A DNA stretch of 64,000 nucleotides from Narcine bancroftii (taxonomy: Eukaryota): assembly GCF_036971445.1 (NCBI RefSeq), contig NC_091472.1:36766001-36830000 (forward strand), read 5' to 3'. Within the stretch, counting starts at the first letter, position 1. Every line of letters begins with the position of its first letter. Under the pieces are notes generated by a model that was not told where the DNA came from, did not search any database, and saw only the letters and a program-made list of their open reading frames with translations. The translations under genes were made by a program, and so were the position numbers. Positions 1 through 13,657 of the stretch are shown piece after piece.

Positions 1-2930
1 AATTTCACATATGCATTAAAACTTGTACGTAAATTTCTTGTTCAAAAATATAAAAAATTAATACATAGTAATTTAAAAAAAAAATCCCCTCCCACCCTCC
101 CCCCTTCCCCCCCCCCCCCCCCAACAGCCTGATAGAAAAGAAGGAAAAAAGGAAGAAAAAGAGGAACCTCTGGATATTATAAAAACAGTAAAACTATCAA
201 ATAAAATCTAACATATCTTAATTTTTAGGAGTCGGAAGATTCAGGTTGGGTGATTACAATCTAATTCCTACATTTTTAAAATATGATTTCTAAATATTTT
301 GAAAAAAATTAGATTTTTAATGTAAATTATATGTAATCTTTTCAAATGGTAAACAACTTGCCTATTTCAGTATGCCATCAATTCATTCCCAAATACACAT
401 CTGGCTTCCAAGTTATTGCAACACATGTAGGTACTGCTAAGGCTATTTTAATAAATTCTTTTTGATAATTGTTTAATTTCAATTCTGTCAAAAATATTTC
501 CAAGTTTATGTAAAAAAAAAATTGGATCTTGAGGAAACTTAACTTTTGTAATTTCCCAAAATTAAACCAAATTCTATCCAAAAGCATCTTGATTTTGAAC
601 GTTCCCACGTAGAATGTAAGAAAGTACCTATTTCTTTATTACATCCAAAACATTAATCTGAAAAATTAAAATTTAATCCATTTAATTTCTGTGGAGTAAG
701 ATAGTTGATGTAAAACATTACATTGTACCATTCTGTACTGGACATTAATTGTATTAGTCATACTATACTGACAAATTTCTAACAAAGTTTCCTCTTGAAT
801 ATCTATTTTTAAATCTTTCTCGTATCTTTATCTTATGAACACCTGGTTTATACATTCATTTTTGTAAAAATTGTATACATAATTGAAATAAACTTTTACA
901 TTTTTATGTCAGTTATTGTTCCAATGTATTCATTTTTGCACAATTAACCCTTCCTATTAATGTTATAGGTAGTTCCTTCCATTTCTGTAAATCTTCTCTA
1001 TTAAGCAATCATGTATAATTCAATTTAAATAAATTATGTAAATTATTGTTGATTTTAATACTTAAATCTTTAATTGCATTCTATGCCATTTAAACTGACT
1101 TTCCCTTTTACATTGCTCATAATCTGCCATTACTATTGGCTTTATTTCATTTTTAACTCGATTTATTTTGTAATTGAATACTCTTTCTTCTTCTCTCTTT
1201 GGCTTGGCTTCGCGGACGAAGATTTATGCAGGGGGTAAATGTCCACGTCAGCTGCAGGCTTGTTTGTGGCTGACAAGTCCGATGTGGGACAGGCAGACAC
1301 GGTTGCAGCGGTTGCAGGGGAAAATTGGTTGGTTGGGGTTGTGTGTTGGGTTTTTCCTTTGTCTTTTGTCAGTGAGGTGAGCTCTGTGGTCTTCTTCAAA
1401 GGAGGTTGCTGCCCGCCGAACTGTGAGGCGCCAAGATGTATGGTTTGAGGCGATATCAGCCCACTGGCGGTGGTCAATGTGGCATGCACCAAGAGATTTC
1501 TTTAGGCAGTCCTTGTACCTCTTCTTTGGTGCACCTCTGTCACGGTGGCCAGTGGAGAGCTCGCCATATAACACGATCTTGGGAAGACGATGGTCCTCCA
1601 TTCTGGAGAAAGTGACCCACCCAGCGCAGCTGGATCTTCAGCAGCGTGGACTCGATGCTGTCGGCCTCTGCCATCTCGAGTACTTCGATGTTAGGGATGA
1701 AGTCGCTCCAATGAATGTTGAGGATGGAGCAGAGACAACGCTGGTGGAAGCATTCTAGGAGCTGTATATTCTTTTAATCTTAAATACAGTTTACTTAATG
1801 AGCTTTCTGGTTCAGTCAAATACATTATAACATCTGCAAATAAACTAATCTTGTGTTCTTTGCTGTCTACTTAAAATTTTTAATATCATTATCAAGTTTA
1901 ATTAATTCTGACAAATGCTCTATTGCGAAAATAAATAATGAAGGTGATAATGGACATCCTTGTCTCCTTGATTTAGTCAATAAAAAAGATTCTGATATTT
2001 GCCCATTTGTTATCACTTTTGCTTTAGGTTTATTAGATAGTGCTCTGATCCAATCTATAAATGTGGGTGCTAGTCCAAATTTTCCTAAGACTTTAAATTA
2101 AAAATCCGATTCAAGTCTATCAAATGCTTTTTCGGGGTCTAAAGTAACTACTACACTAGGTTCCTCTCTTAACTGTGCTAAATGTATTATACTCATTCAC
2201 TTTGTTACATTATATGCTAATTTATTTTTTAAACAAATCAACTTTGATCCATATTTATTAATTTTAGTAAATATTTCACTTCTATTTGGTAACATTTTAG
2301 ATACTATATAATCAGCATTTAACAATGAATCACTATTGTTATTGCTGTCTTAAATGATTCTGGTAAATAATTTGTCTCTCTCACCTATTCTAATACTTCC
2401 ATAAATGGAGTAATTAATAAATCTTTAAATGTTTTATCAAATTCGGGGGAAAACCATCTTCTCTCAGAGACTTTTTATTTTGTAAATGGAGTGGCCAATA
2501 CTCTTTGATTTTCTGTATTTAATTTTGGTAAATTTATTTGAGACAAAAATTCTTCTATTTTATTGTAATCTTTTAATGTTTCGGACTGATAAATTTTTAT
2601 AAAACTTTAAAATTTTCATTTATTTATTATGGATTATAAGTAATCCAGTTTGATTCTTTCTTAGTTGCTCTATATGTTGTAGATACTTGTTCTGTAATTG
2701 TCATGCAAGAGCCTTGTGTGCCCTCTCTCCTAATCATAATATCTTTGCTTAGTTCTCATTATATCTTTCTATTTTACAAGTTTGCAAAGTATTATACCTT
2801 AATTTCTTATTTATCAACATTCTTTTTTTCTTCATTTTATTGTATATGTAAATTTTTTCTAACTTGTTTCTCAAGTTCTGCTTCTTGCACATAATTTTTA
2901 ATCTTGGATCTATTGCTTATTATTTGAGAA
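1..2930 (-). mobile_element. Degenerate L1-clade LINE (ORF2 RT to C-terminus plus G-rich 3' UTR), split by an RTE insertion at ~1187-1762
   Basis: Minus-strand motifs KSLREDGFPPEF (~2450), LDPEKAFD (~2130), RQGCPLSP (~1960) and KEFIKIALAV...ITWK (ORF 378-608) resemble the intact L1 at 60160-62740. The C-tract at 86-122 is the complement of a G-rich 3' UTR. Many stops and frameshifts; ends approximate. Confidence 0.85.
1187..1762 (-). mobile_element. RTE-clade LINE, 5'-truncated copy 1
   Basis: ORF 1248-1601 (MEDHRLPKIVLYGEL...CNRCNRVCLSHIGLVSH) is near-identical to the C-terminus of ORF 38734-40416. GAA-type tail. Imperfect TSD TGAATACTCTTT / TGTATATTCTTT. Confidence 0.93.
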
Positions 2931-4819
2931 TTATGATTGTTCACGAGAAGCAAAACATTCATTGGTTCTGATACTCTGGCTGCCATTGAGCTAGTTCAAA
3001 AGTAACATTAATGGTTGAAGCTGAATTTTAGGTAAGCCTTAAGTTGTAGGTTAATTTAATGTGAAGGGAACCATTTTGGAAAAATGTTTTTGTTTCTAAA
3101 AAATAAAGCTTGTAAACAATACTGAAAGCACCATTTTACAAGCAAAAACTTGTCTATCTCATTTGAATCCCATTGAGAAAGCTTCTCTCGTTATGTTTGA
3201 AAACTATTTAAGAGATTGGTAAGGCATGTATCTTTTATGTAATATTGGTGTCTTATTAATACAATGGTCCATCTCTACATAATAATTTGACAACAAAAAG
3301 ATGATGGATATGTATGAACTGCTGTTTAAAAAAAAAAAAAAAAATCAAATTTATAAGGCACAGATCCTGTTCTAAACTGCTGTGCAACATATGAATTGAA
3401 AGTAATTGGAACTGTTAATGTCTATCAAAAGCATTAAATGTACAATTTTGGAACATGTATAGCCTGGCATTTCAGGCATAAGGCAACAATAGTTTCTAAA
3501 AAATAATTGTATCACTGTTCAGGAATCAGAACAATTTGTGGTTAGAGGTGGATAAACTGCAATTTTAAGAGTATTGTGTTGGATCTTGGTTTGTTTTTTA
3601 AGTCCATTCCAAATATGCCAATAGGAACCACCATGTTGTAAGACATTGTCTTATTCAAGCCGTGCAGATACTTTCATTCTATCCATGTGAAAAGTGTCAA
3701 AGATTAGGACATAGATCCATTATCTCTTTAGCGTCAGTGATTTAGCAGTTACCAAATTGTGTTATGGTTTTTTTTTAAAAAAAATTGCCCTCTTGATAAT
3801 ATCCACATTTTCTATCATTGTTCATTTCATTATTTTTATTGCTTAAAAGTCAGTTAAATCACATCTGCCCATGTGTAATTCAGATTCATTTTCATAATGC
3901 TACTAAACTGCAAATTAAGTTTATGGAAAGGCATTAATGCCGGATAGATTCCGGTTGGAGATAGAAATGACTAATTGGTTTCCACTTCTGAAAGATTAGT
4001 CTTAACTATATGAATAAATATTTAATATAAATATGCGATTTGCAATTAGGACATGGTGTGGTCATGGAAGTCCATGGAACATGGTGTTAAATCATTTGAG
4101 TTCCACCTACTATCTTCTCTCAGCCGAGGAAGTTTACTTGTTTTGAAAAAGAGGCTGAATACTTCAGCTATGAATGCCAAGTACAGTATAAAATCCATCT
4201 AGGTCTTCAGAGATCCCCTTCATCACAGACAGAGGCCCCACTTCAGTTCATTTGTTCATAGAGATGGGCATTTTAACAAATGTTTGGAATGTCATATATT
4301 CCATATTAGCTTCATTTCCTTGGCTACTTTCTTCATCAAAATTAAATTCTTACCATTTGCAATGAATAGATACTGTATTGGCACAGTATTCCTTTAACAT
4401 ATCCATTATTTTTCCCTGACCATTGTTTCCAGAACTTTCCCTGCCACCTATGTTTCATATCCTGATGAAGGAAAATTATTTTGCATATAATTTCAAGCTT
4501 CAAACTTGAAAATTTCCCACCAAATGACACTTTGGGAGTTTGTTAAACAGGCCTTTTGCTGTTTAAAAAGACAACTCATCATCTCCTTAATAACTAGAGG
4601 TGGGGAATGAATATGATCATGCAATTGCTCACATTCCATGAAAGAAAAATTCCCGTTGAAATGTTGAACTGAATTTGATGGACAAGGGGATTCTTGAGCA
4701 CTGTTTTAGTTTAGCAGAGTATTCTAATTCTGGTTGCAGCATTTGCAGTTTTTTTATTGAATTTTAGTTAATGGGACATTGTTGTATATTAATATTTGTG
4801 TAAATAGGACTTGTATGGA

Positions 4820-5480
4820 GTGCAATACAGCATTGAAACAGACCCATCAGCCCAACTCACCCATGCTGATAAATATAGAATCATTGAGTACCTTTACCAT
4901 CTAACCTGCAGTATCTTTTGAGACTACCTTCAAGATAAAGGTGCAGGAACATAGAAGCCAAGGTTTCCAGACTGGGAAACAGTTGAACAATCCAAGAAAC
5001 CCGTAAATTTTTATATATACTGTAATTATTTTGGATTGCTATGTATATGCCATTCGTGTGTAGGGTGTACTGTGTGTGTGCACTTTGGTTGTATGTGAAC
5101 AATCAGAAATGAACTTTAATCTTGTGCTATTTGCTTATGCTTGGCCCATATCCCCCTATCCATGTCATAATTGTACCTGCCTCTACTACTTTGTTTGGCA
5201 GCTAATTGCATCAAACCACCACCCTCTGTATGGAAAATGTTGTTTCTTGGGTCTATTTTTTTGTTTTCCCCTCACCTTATGCCTATGTTCTCTCGTTTTA
5301 GACTCTCCTATTGGAGAATAAAGACACTGACTATTCATGTTTATATTTGTCATTATTTTGTATACCTTAACCTCCTACATTCCAGAGGAAAATGTTCTTG
5401 CCTATCAATTCTCTCTCACTAATTCAATCTTCCAGTCCTGGTGACATGCTTGTGAATATTTTGTGTACTACTTCTAGTTT
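4820..5480. mobile_element. Cluster of decayed SINE/CR1/Rex1 3' fragments
   Basis: Resembles, by eye, the SINE at 43150 and the CR1 3' ends at 33123 and 47606. Confidence 0.45.
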
Positions 5481-5649
5481 AATAGCATCCATGAATTTCA
5501 GCTTGTGTTTCATGACCTCTGTGCTATCTTTGGATGTGGCCAAATTGTTTAAGAGCATTTGTCAAAATATTTTATTCATATGAATTTGCAATCCTTTTTC
5601 CCCCTCAACTGAAGAGAAAGTTAAGAGCTTGAAATCAAATATTTACCTT

Positions 5650-5787
5650 AAAAACACAATGCTGGAGAAACTCAGGTCAACAGTGTACTTTATATAGGAA
5701 AGATAAATAATTGACATTTCAGGCTTGAGCACTTCATCAAGGTATGAGCAAAAATGTAGGCAGGCCCCCAAACAAAATAGCTGGGGG
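5650..5787 (-). mobile_element. Penelope-like element terminal repeat (left piece, split off by the BEL insertion), with decayed hammerhead core
   Basis: GCTGGAGAAACTCAG...TTGACATTTCAGGCTTGAGCACTTCATCAAGG. The element continues at 14018 into a GIY-YIG relic. Confidence 0.75.
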
Positions 5788-6238
5788 TATAGACGACACT
5801 TTCCATTTTGCACCCAATTTCAAATTGTGTCATCTTCAAAGAAACACAAGGACAATATTCTGAATTATTATCTTATCAATTCAACAAACCAAACTCTGTA
5901 GATGCAGATTTATACAGCTTTAATTGGCTGATATAAACAGAAACATTTTATACAACTTCACATCAAGATTTTCATAATGATGAATAAACAGAGCATTTGG
6001 TTATAGTTAAAGACATACAATATAAGACGATAATAAGATGAATTAAGATAAGAAATTATAAAGATGAATTCTAAAAGTATTTCAAGCTCTCCAAAGAATG
6101 AGAAAGCAAGCTCTGAGTCTGCACGGATATTACAACCTATGATGTTATGGCTATAGTAAAACTACAAACAAAACTTGTCCTTAAAGGGATAGCCACAAAA
6201 TTATTAAGAAGCAAAAACACAAGGTTTTAACCTTTACA
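5788..6238 (-). repeat. BEL 3' LTR
   Basis: Direct repeat of 12334-14017 once the insertions there are removed; ends ...CCTTTACA next to the PPT. Confidence 0.9.
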
Positions 6239-7461
6239 TTCTGGCCCCAAATTACTATTATAGACATTAATGACTAATATATAATAATTACTATTACAGA
6301 TATAAAAGTAAATATGGTAAATATAAGATTAGAAATCAAAACTTTCTGCTTCTTGTAAAAGACAGATTTTAGTAATAGGTCCATTTAAGTAACCAGTCTT
6401 GGTTTTAATCCGCACTTGCAGAACAAAACCTTCCTTGTCTGGAACTGGATTCACGATTTTTTCCAGTAACCAAGAATTTCTTGGTGCAGAATCGTCCATG
6501 ATAATTATAATGTCTCTACGTGCAAAATTGTGTTCAGCTTTAGATCATTTTTGTCTTTCTTGTAATAATGAAAGATATTCTTTAATCCATCTTTTCCAAA
6601 TTAAATCTGCAACAAACTGCACTTGTCTCCTTCTGCGTCTTGCATAGATATCTTCTTTCTGAAACTGACCCGGAGGCATTAAAGGTTTAGATTTAAGAAG
6701 TAAGAGATGATTTGGTGTAAGTTCCTCGATGTCATTTGAATTGACAAATTTTTGTCATTGGATGACTATTTAAAATAGCTTTGATTTCACATAATATTGT
6801 CATCATTCAGTATTTGACTATTCAAAATGGAATTAAGAATTTTCTTGATTCATTCTTTTCTTCATTCTTTCCCTACACACTAACATGATGATATCTAACT
6901 AATTTTCTTTGAAGTAATGAATCATGAATTAGATGTTGATTCCAATTTTGAATTGCTTTTTATAGCTCTAATTGAGCTTCTGTAAAGTTGGATCCATTAT
7001 CTGAACAAAATTCCTTCACTTGACCACGTCTGGCAATAAAACATTGAACATTGATAAGAGTCAGTATCAAGCAATGACGCTACTTCATTATGAATTGCTC
7101 TCGTAGTCAAACAAGTAAAAATAGCTCTATTGTTTTTCAACACTTCCTTGTCTTACTTATAAAGGACCAAAATAATCAACTCCCACGTATGTAAATGGGG
7201 GTTCATCGGGCAAAACTTTGCTTTGTGGCAAATTTGTTGTCCAGATTTACATTTTGATATAATTCTTTTGATCAATGTTGAAGCACCCAATATTTCTGGC
7301 ACAATTCTGGTAATACGTGATTACAACCACCATGATCTCGCTTCTCATTTATATGTTGAACAATCAATTCAGAAATATGAAATTCCTTAGCTAATATAAT
7401 TGGACATTTCACTTCTTCTGGCATTATTGCTTTTTCTAATCTTCCTCCTACTCCTAATACA

Positions 7462-7573
7462 TCAAAGTGGCAGGCACCAAGAGCTTTCTTTAGGCAGTCC
7501 TTGTACCTCTTTGATGCACCTCTGTCTCAGTGGCCAGTGGAGAGCTCGCCATATAACACGATCTTGGGAAGGC
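7462..7573 (-). mobile_element. RTE internal fragment (copy 2, no 3' tail) at the BEL pol deletion junction
   Basis: GGCAGGCACCAAGAG...GATCTTGGGAAGGC matches 38970-39077. Confidence 0.88.
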
Positions 7574-9613
7574 CATCATAACAATCATAGAAAATCACTA
7601 TCTTCTGATGGTGTTTTCACTTGATGAAACATCACTTCCATATCTGCAGCAATTACAATAGGCTCTTTACAAAATCTTAGTAAAACACCTATTAAAGTAC
7701 TTGTTAAGGGTGGACCTTATAAAAGTTAAGATTTCAATGAAACTCCTTGAACTGATGCTCCACAATGAAATACTACTCGTCGTTTCTCTTTTTATGGATG
7801 TTTAACTCCATGATGAAGTAGATACCATTTTCCACCATCTTTGTGTTCCAAGATATCTTCTGATACCTTTTCTACATAACCTTTGGTTATCATGTCCAAC
7901 ATGACTATCTTCCAAATGAAAGGAAGAATTTCTCTTGAATTTTCTTGTCAAATTCAGCATGTTCTGTTCTGCAATTATTTTATTGTCTGTCATACAAATT
8001 TCTCTTCAAAGGTAATGCTATACAGTAATGACCATCAACAAGTTTAACAGAATTTGAAACTAAATCCAGAAACTGCTTTAAAGGTTCTTGAATATCTGTG
8101 AGACATTCAGGAATCAATTTTAAATGGTTGTTCCCAGAGATCATTAATTTTGACAATTGAAATTCTGTTGACATTTACATTTGACAGCTCCTCATCATTA
8201 TTCATTTTTCCTCCTAATGATCCATTAATAGTCCATCCGAGCAACGTTCGCACAGCATAAGGCCCGTCACATTGACTCCTTATTACTTCTAGAGGTTTGA
8301 AAACTTTTGGTACATCTAATCCAATTAATATCTCAATTTTGGCATCAATATTTTAGATGACCCCACTGTTTAATATCATCCCGCTAGAGAATATTTTCCT
8401 TATTTACAGACATAGTCTTCTGAGTACATACACTTGAGAGATCGTAAAATTCATTGCTATTCAATCCAGCAATTTGTAGACTTGAAACTATATTAGTTTC
8501 ATTGCTCTTTTCATCATTCATTGTCTTCAACAAGATCTGTAATTTTTGACCATGAAGATTGATTATTCATTAACTCAACAGTACAAAATGCTGCAGTACT
8601 TCCTGGATCAAGAAATGCATAGGTCTTCAGTATGAAGTTCCCTTTTAGCTTTAATCCGTATAGGAACTATTGAGAGAGCTTTGTCACCGGCCCCAGTAAG
8701 ACAATTTGTCTGAACTGAAGTAGAAGTGTACTCCTTGACTGTGTCTTTAGTCTTGAATTCAGATTGACATTCTTCATTGAGTTTGCAGTAACTCAGGATG
8801 CTTTAAACTGCATCCATCACAACTGAGTCGCTTGTAACAAGTTTTGCTGATGTGTCCTTTACACAAGCAACTGAAACATATTGCATTCTTCTTTTAAAAA
8901 GGTTAATTTCTTGTCATTTTTTTTCTCCAATTGTGAACATTTTTCTAAAGAACATTTATCTTTGCAATACAAACAAATTTCCTGAAGAGTTTAATCTTTT
9001 TCTATTATTTCCTTGTTCGTTCTTGTGCTTGTGTCTGATACAGCAGTAACAAAGGTACTTCCCTTTGGTTTCTGTTGAAATGATGATTTAGACTTCACAT
9101 CTTTAGGAACTATTGAAGTATCCTTAATATTTCCAAATACTGGTATGGTATTACCATTTACATGCCATTCCAAAAATTGTACAGCATCCTCAAAGGTAGT
9201 ACCCCTTCCAGGAATCATTTAATGCTCTGTAACTTTGGTTTTCCATAAGTCCTTCAGCTTGTAAGGTGATTTGTTTATAATAATAGATAAATTAGCAAGA
9301 AAATTCAGCTCTTGCAAATGTACACTAGTTTCCATTGCATTCAAACATTCTCTCAGAAAGAGTGCATATGCTTGTAAAGCCTTTGCATTCTCTGATTTTA
9401 TTGCTGACCAAAGAATCTTGTCTGTGGGCCCTTGCGATTTTGTGTTCATCGCCATAATGATGATAGAATAGTTATTTTGCCCTTTTAAAACCCTGGTCTG
9501 GATCCATATATTGGCAACTTTCGACTAGTTCCTTCACCTGCCCTCCAGTATACTGTTCCGGGTAATACAGACTATCTTTAGCATTTTTAGTATTTTACTT
9601 TCAATGTGATGTT

Positions 9614-10738
9614 CTTCTTCAGCATGATGCTGAACCAAGCCATGAAAGACCAACAATGAAGACGCTGTTTACATCCGGTACCGCACGGATGGCAGTCTCT
9701 TCAATCTGAGGCGCCTGCAAGCTCACACCAAGACACAAGAGAAACTTGTCCGTGAACTACTCTTTGCAGACGATGCCGCTTTAGTTGCCCATTCAGAGCC
9801 AGCTCTTCAGCTCTTGACGTCCTGTTTTGTGGAAACTGCCAAAATGTTTGGCTTGGAAGTCAGCCTGAAGAAAACTGAGGTCCTCCATCAGCCAGCTCCC
9901 CACCATGACTACCAGCCCCCCCACATCTCCATCGGGCACACAAAACTCAAAACGGTCAACCAGTTTACCATCATCAGATGCAAGGATCGAAAACGAGATA
10001 GACAACAGACTCGCCAAGGCAAATAGCGCCTTTGGAAGACTACACAAAAGAGTCTGGAAAAACAACCAACTGAAAAACCTCACAAAGATAAGCGTATACA
10101 GAGCCGTTATCATACCCACACTCCTGTTCGGCTCCAAATCATGGGTCCTCTACCGGCATCACCTACGGCTCCTAGAACGCTTCCACCAGCGTTGTCTCCG
10201 CTCCATCCTCAACATTCATTGGAGCGACTTCATCCCTAACATCGAAGTACTCGAGATGGCAGAGGCCGACAGCATCGAGTCCACGCTGCTGAAGATCCAG
10301 CTGCACTGGGTGGGTCACGTCTCCAGAATGGAGGACCATCGCCTTCCCAAGATCGTGTTATATGACGATCTCTCCACTGGCCACCGTGACAGTGGTGCAC
10401 CAAAGAAGAGGTACAAGGACTGCCTAAAGAAATCTCTTGGTGCCTGCCACATTGACCACCGCCAGTGGGCTGATATCGCCTCAAACTGTACATCTTGGCG
10501 CCTCACAGTTCGGCGGGCAGCAGCCTCCTTTGAAGAAGACCGCAGAGCCCACCTCACTGACAAAAGGCAAAGGAGGAAAAACCCAACACCCAACCCCAAC
10601 CAACCAATTTTCCCCTGCAACCGCTGCAACCGTGTCTGCCTGTCCCGCATCGGACTTGTCAGTCACAAACGAGCCTGCAGCTGACGTGGACACTTACCCC
10701 CTCCATAAATCTTCATCCGCGAAGCCAAGCCAAAGAAA
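9614..10738 (+). mobile_element. RTE-clade LINE copy 3 (5'-truncated, frameshifted), inserted in BEL gag
   Basis: LFADD at ~9760; ORF 9905-10684 ends ...IGLVSHKRACS; 6-bp TSD GATGTT at 9608-9613 and 10739-10744. Confidence 0.95.
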
Positions 10739-12513
10739 GATGTTTAAAGGATTTCATGAACATCAGATATTGTAATGGATCTCCATTTTAAAAACTGGAA
10801 TTTCCTTCTTAAGTAAACCATATGAACCTTGATGCTGCGCTAACAGCAGAAATTTCAATTTGTTTTGCTATGAGTGATAATATTTTGTCTTGTCCTCCAT
10901 GGCTTGCAACTGGCTGTCTTGTGGTGAATGGAGCATACAGAACTTGAACTGGTGCCATAGGTGTTGGACTTTCATATGTAAGTTGATGGGGTTCCTTGAA
11001 TGTCACTGGTTCTTCAGCAACATGAAGAGACATCAATTGTTTAGTATGATCAACTTGCATGGTTGAACATTTTTGAAATGCTATCCTTTTGGGAAGATTC
11101 ATGTTGTGTGCTCGGAAAGATTCAATGTCGCTAGCCCTTTCCACAGGATTGGTCATTGACATTTGAGCAACTGCAGCACCATCTGTGACTCCTTGCTTGA
11201 GTAGACTCTATTCTTGTGGCTGTGGTACCCATTCATCTTTGGAATATTAGGTGATACCCCTTTGGGTATTTCACTGTGAGTGATAGATCTTGCAGAAGCC
11301 TGAGCTAATGCTTTTTCTCTAGCCATGTTCATAGCATATTGTTCCTTAAGATCTAGTCTTTTGTCTATTCAATAATCTTTTTTGTTCTTCACTAGTCATT
11401 TGTAACTTCAATTGCTGATTCTTCATTTCAGATTCCATGTCTTCGAAAGCATGTCTTTTCTCAAACCACTCATGTTGTGCACATAGTAACCAAGTCTGTT
11501 TGCAGAGCTGATATGTTTGAAGCACGTGAAGCTGTACTTGCTCTAGATGCATTTGAAGACTTTGAAGATCTTCATAACCTTGGAAATACTATCATCAGGA
11601 ATCACATTTAAACATTCAGATACCGCGGATTGAGTCTCTATCTTCAGCATTTTGCTTGGTACAGCACCAGTGGGGCTTTGTAACTTGCATTCATCTGTCT
11701 GTTCCAGTTCCACTAATTTCTAAATCAGCAAATGAGGTCTGCAGTGCCTTTTCGTGGTCCTTTTCTTGCTGGTCGTTGAAGCCACTTCTTCAGTGGTGTC
11801 TGGCTCCAACCTCCTGCCAAGCATTGTCGGACCGCCTTGCTGGCTTAACTCACGATCAAACAGTTCTTTGAGAGGAGCTGCTTGCTTGAGGTCTAGCCTG
11901 ACAAGACTTCTTCTCCATCTTGGATTCTTCACACTGCAGCCTGTCATCTTGCTTCTTCTGGTTCCCTGGAGCTATAAACAAATTTGTATCTTGCGTGGCC
12001 CTTTAAGAGGATTTTTCTGGCTGTGTTCTGCTCAGCATTTTTTCTTCACTAACTGGCTTCATTATTGTTTTCACAAATTTTCAAAACATTTTCTGGGCTT
12101 CTTGCCAATTCTTCAAACCAGAGCTCTATCTTTCATGGTTAACAAGTATCTTGCAAGACATCAGCTGGTTTTAAACTGCAATTCAGACAGACATAGCTGG
12201 TAGACATTTTTTTCACAGAAAACTGCTTTTCTTGTTAAAGCTTAAATGCTTCTCAATTTAAATCTGGTTATAACAAGTTGAGTTCTTTCACCTTTCCAAA
12301 CAAAGTTCACAATTTTATTACTTTAAGTAATAATATAGACGACACTTTCCATTTTCTAGTATTTCAAAACGTCTCATCTTCAAAGAAACATAACCACGAT
12401 ATTCCGAATTACTATCTTGTCGATGCAGATTTATGTAGCTTTAATTGGTGATATAAATGTATAAACACTTTGCATAAATGCATCAAGATTTTCATAACGA
12501 TGAATAAACAAAG

Positions 12514-13440
12514 TGTGACAGAATATATAGATATGATTTTGTGAGATAAATTGGGAAAGGTTTGTTAGAATAGGTCACATACAAACACTTTAAAACAAAC
12601 CTTTTATGAAATACTGGAGCTCTGCTACTGCTAAATATATCGACTCCACAGCTTTTGCAAGAGCTTTGGAGAGTGCCCAAGAGACTTTGTTGTTTACAAA
12701 AGGCAACAGATGAAAGATCTGTTGAGGACGCCTTCTGTCTGGGGGTAGAGGGTCATGTGGTTTTGCAAGCAGAGAGAGTCAAGCAGACTTTCTCTCAGAG
12801 AGAGCGAGAGAGAGAGTGTTCTACAGAGTTACACCCAGCAGAAGCAGCTGGTACTGGAACAGGACAAGCTGGCAAGCTTGTGGAAAGCCCTATTTGGAAG
12901 ATGGCCTGGTCAAAGCTCTTGTGGTTCATGAAAGAAGAGAGGACTGGCTGTCTTAATGTTTCACTTGGAATAAGAGAAACAAAAAGGCACTCTGGTGACC
13001 TGAAAGAAAGAGGTTATCATCTGGATTACCCTGAAGGGGCAAGTTTCATCAGCAAGACACTGAAGTGGCTGATGGAAGTACATCAGTTGTGGATATCCTG
13101 GAACAACAAAACTCTCTCTGAAAACCAACAAGAACCTTCCTGAGCGGTAACCATTTACCTTTCAAGCACCTAAGTATGGTGAACTTTATACATGTTAAAT
13201 TATGTGCACAGTATAAGAATTGCCTGCAACCAATGAACTTGAAGGAATGAGAAGTGAGATTGGACAGTAAACCAAAGAACTTTTCTGAATTTACACATAC
13301 ATGCGCTTAGAATTAGAAGGGGGTTAAGTTAAAGTGTGATTCTGTTTTCATGTTTAAAGATAATTAAAACCAATTTTTAAGTAACCATTTGTCTTGGTGA
13401 ATATTGCTGCTGGGATTTGGGGTCCTCTGTGCTCATAACA
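12514..13440. mobile_element. Solo LTR (927 bp; Gypsy- or ERV-type)
   Basis: Begins TGTGAC, ends ATAACA; perfect 4-bp TSD AAAG (12510-12513, 13441-13444); absent from the other BEL LTR. Confidence 0.85.
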
Positions 13441-13657
13441 AAAGCATTCAGTTATATTTAAAGATGTAACAATACAAGACAATAATAAGATGAATTAAGA
13501 TGAAAAAAATGATTAAGAAGAATTCAAAGAAAAGTATTTCGAGTTGCGTATCTTTCATAGTTTTTCAAGGAATGAGAAAGCAAGCTCTGAGTCTGACATA
13601 TGACATCATAGTAACACTACAAACAATACTTATCCGTAAAGGAATAGGCACAAAATT

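Noticed and set aside
12655-13143. 162-aa ORF
   Set aside because: Inside a solo LTR, includes a (GA)n run, no recognisable domain.
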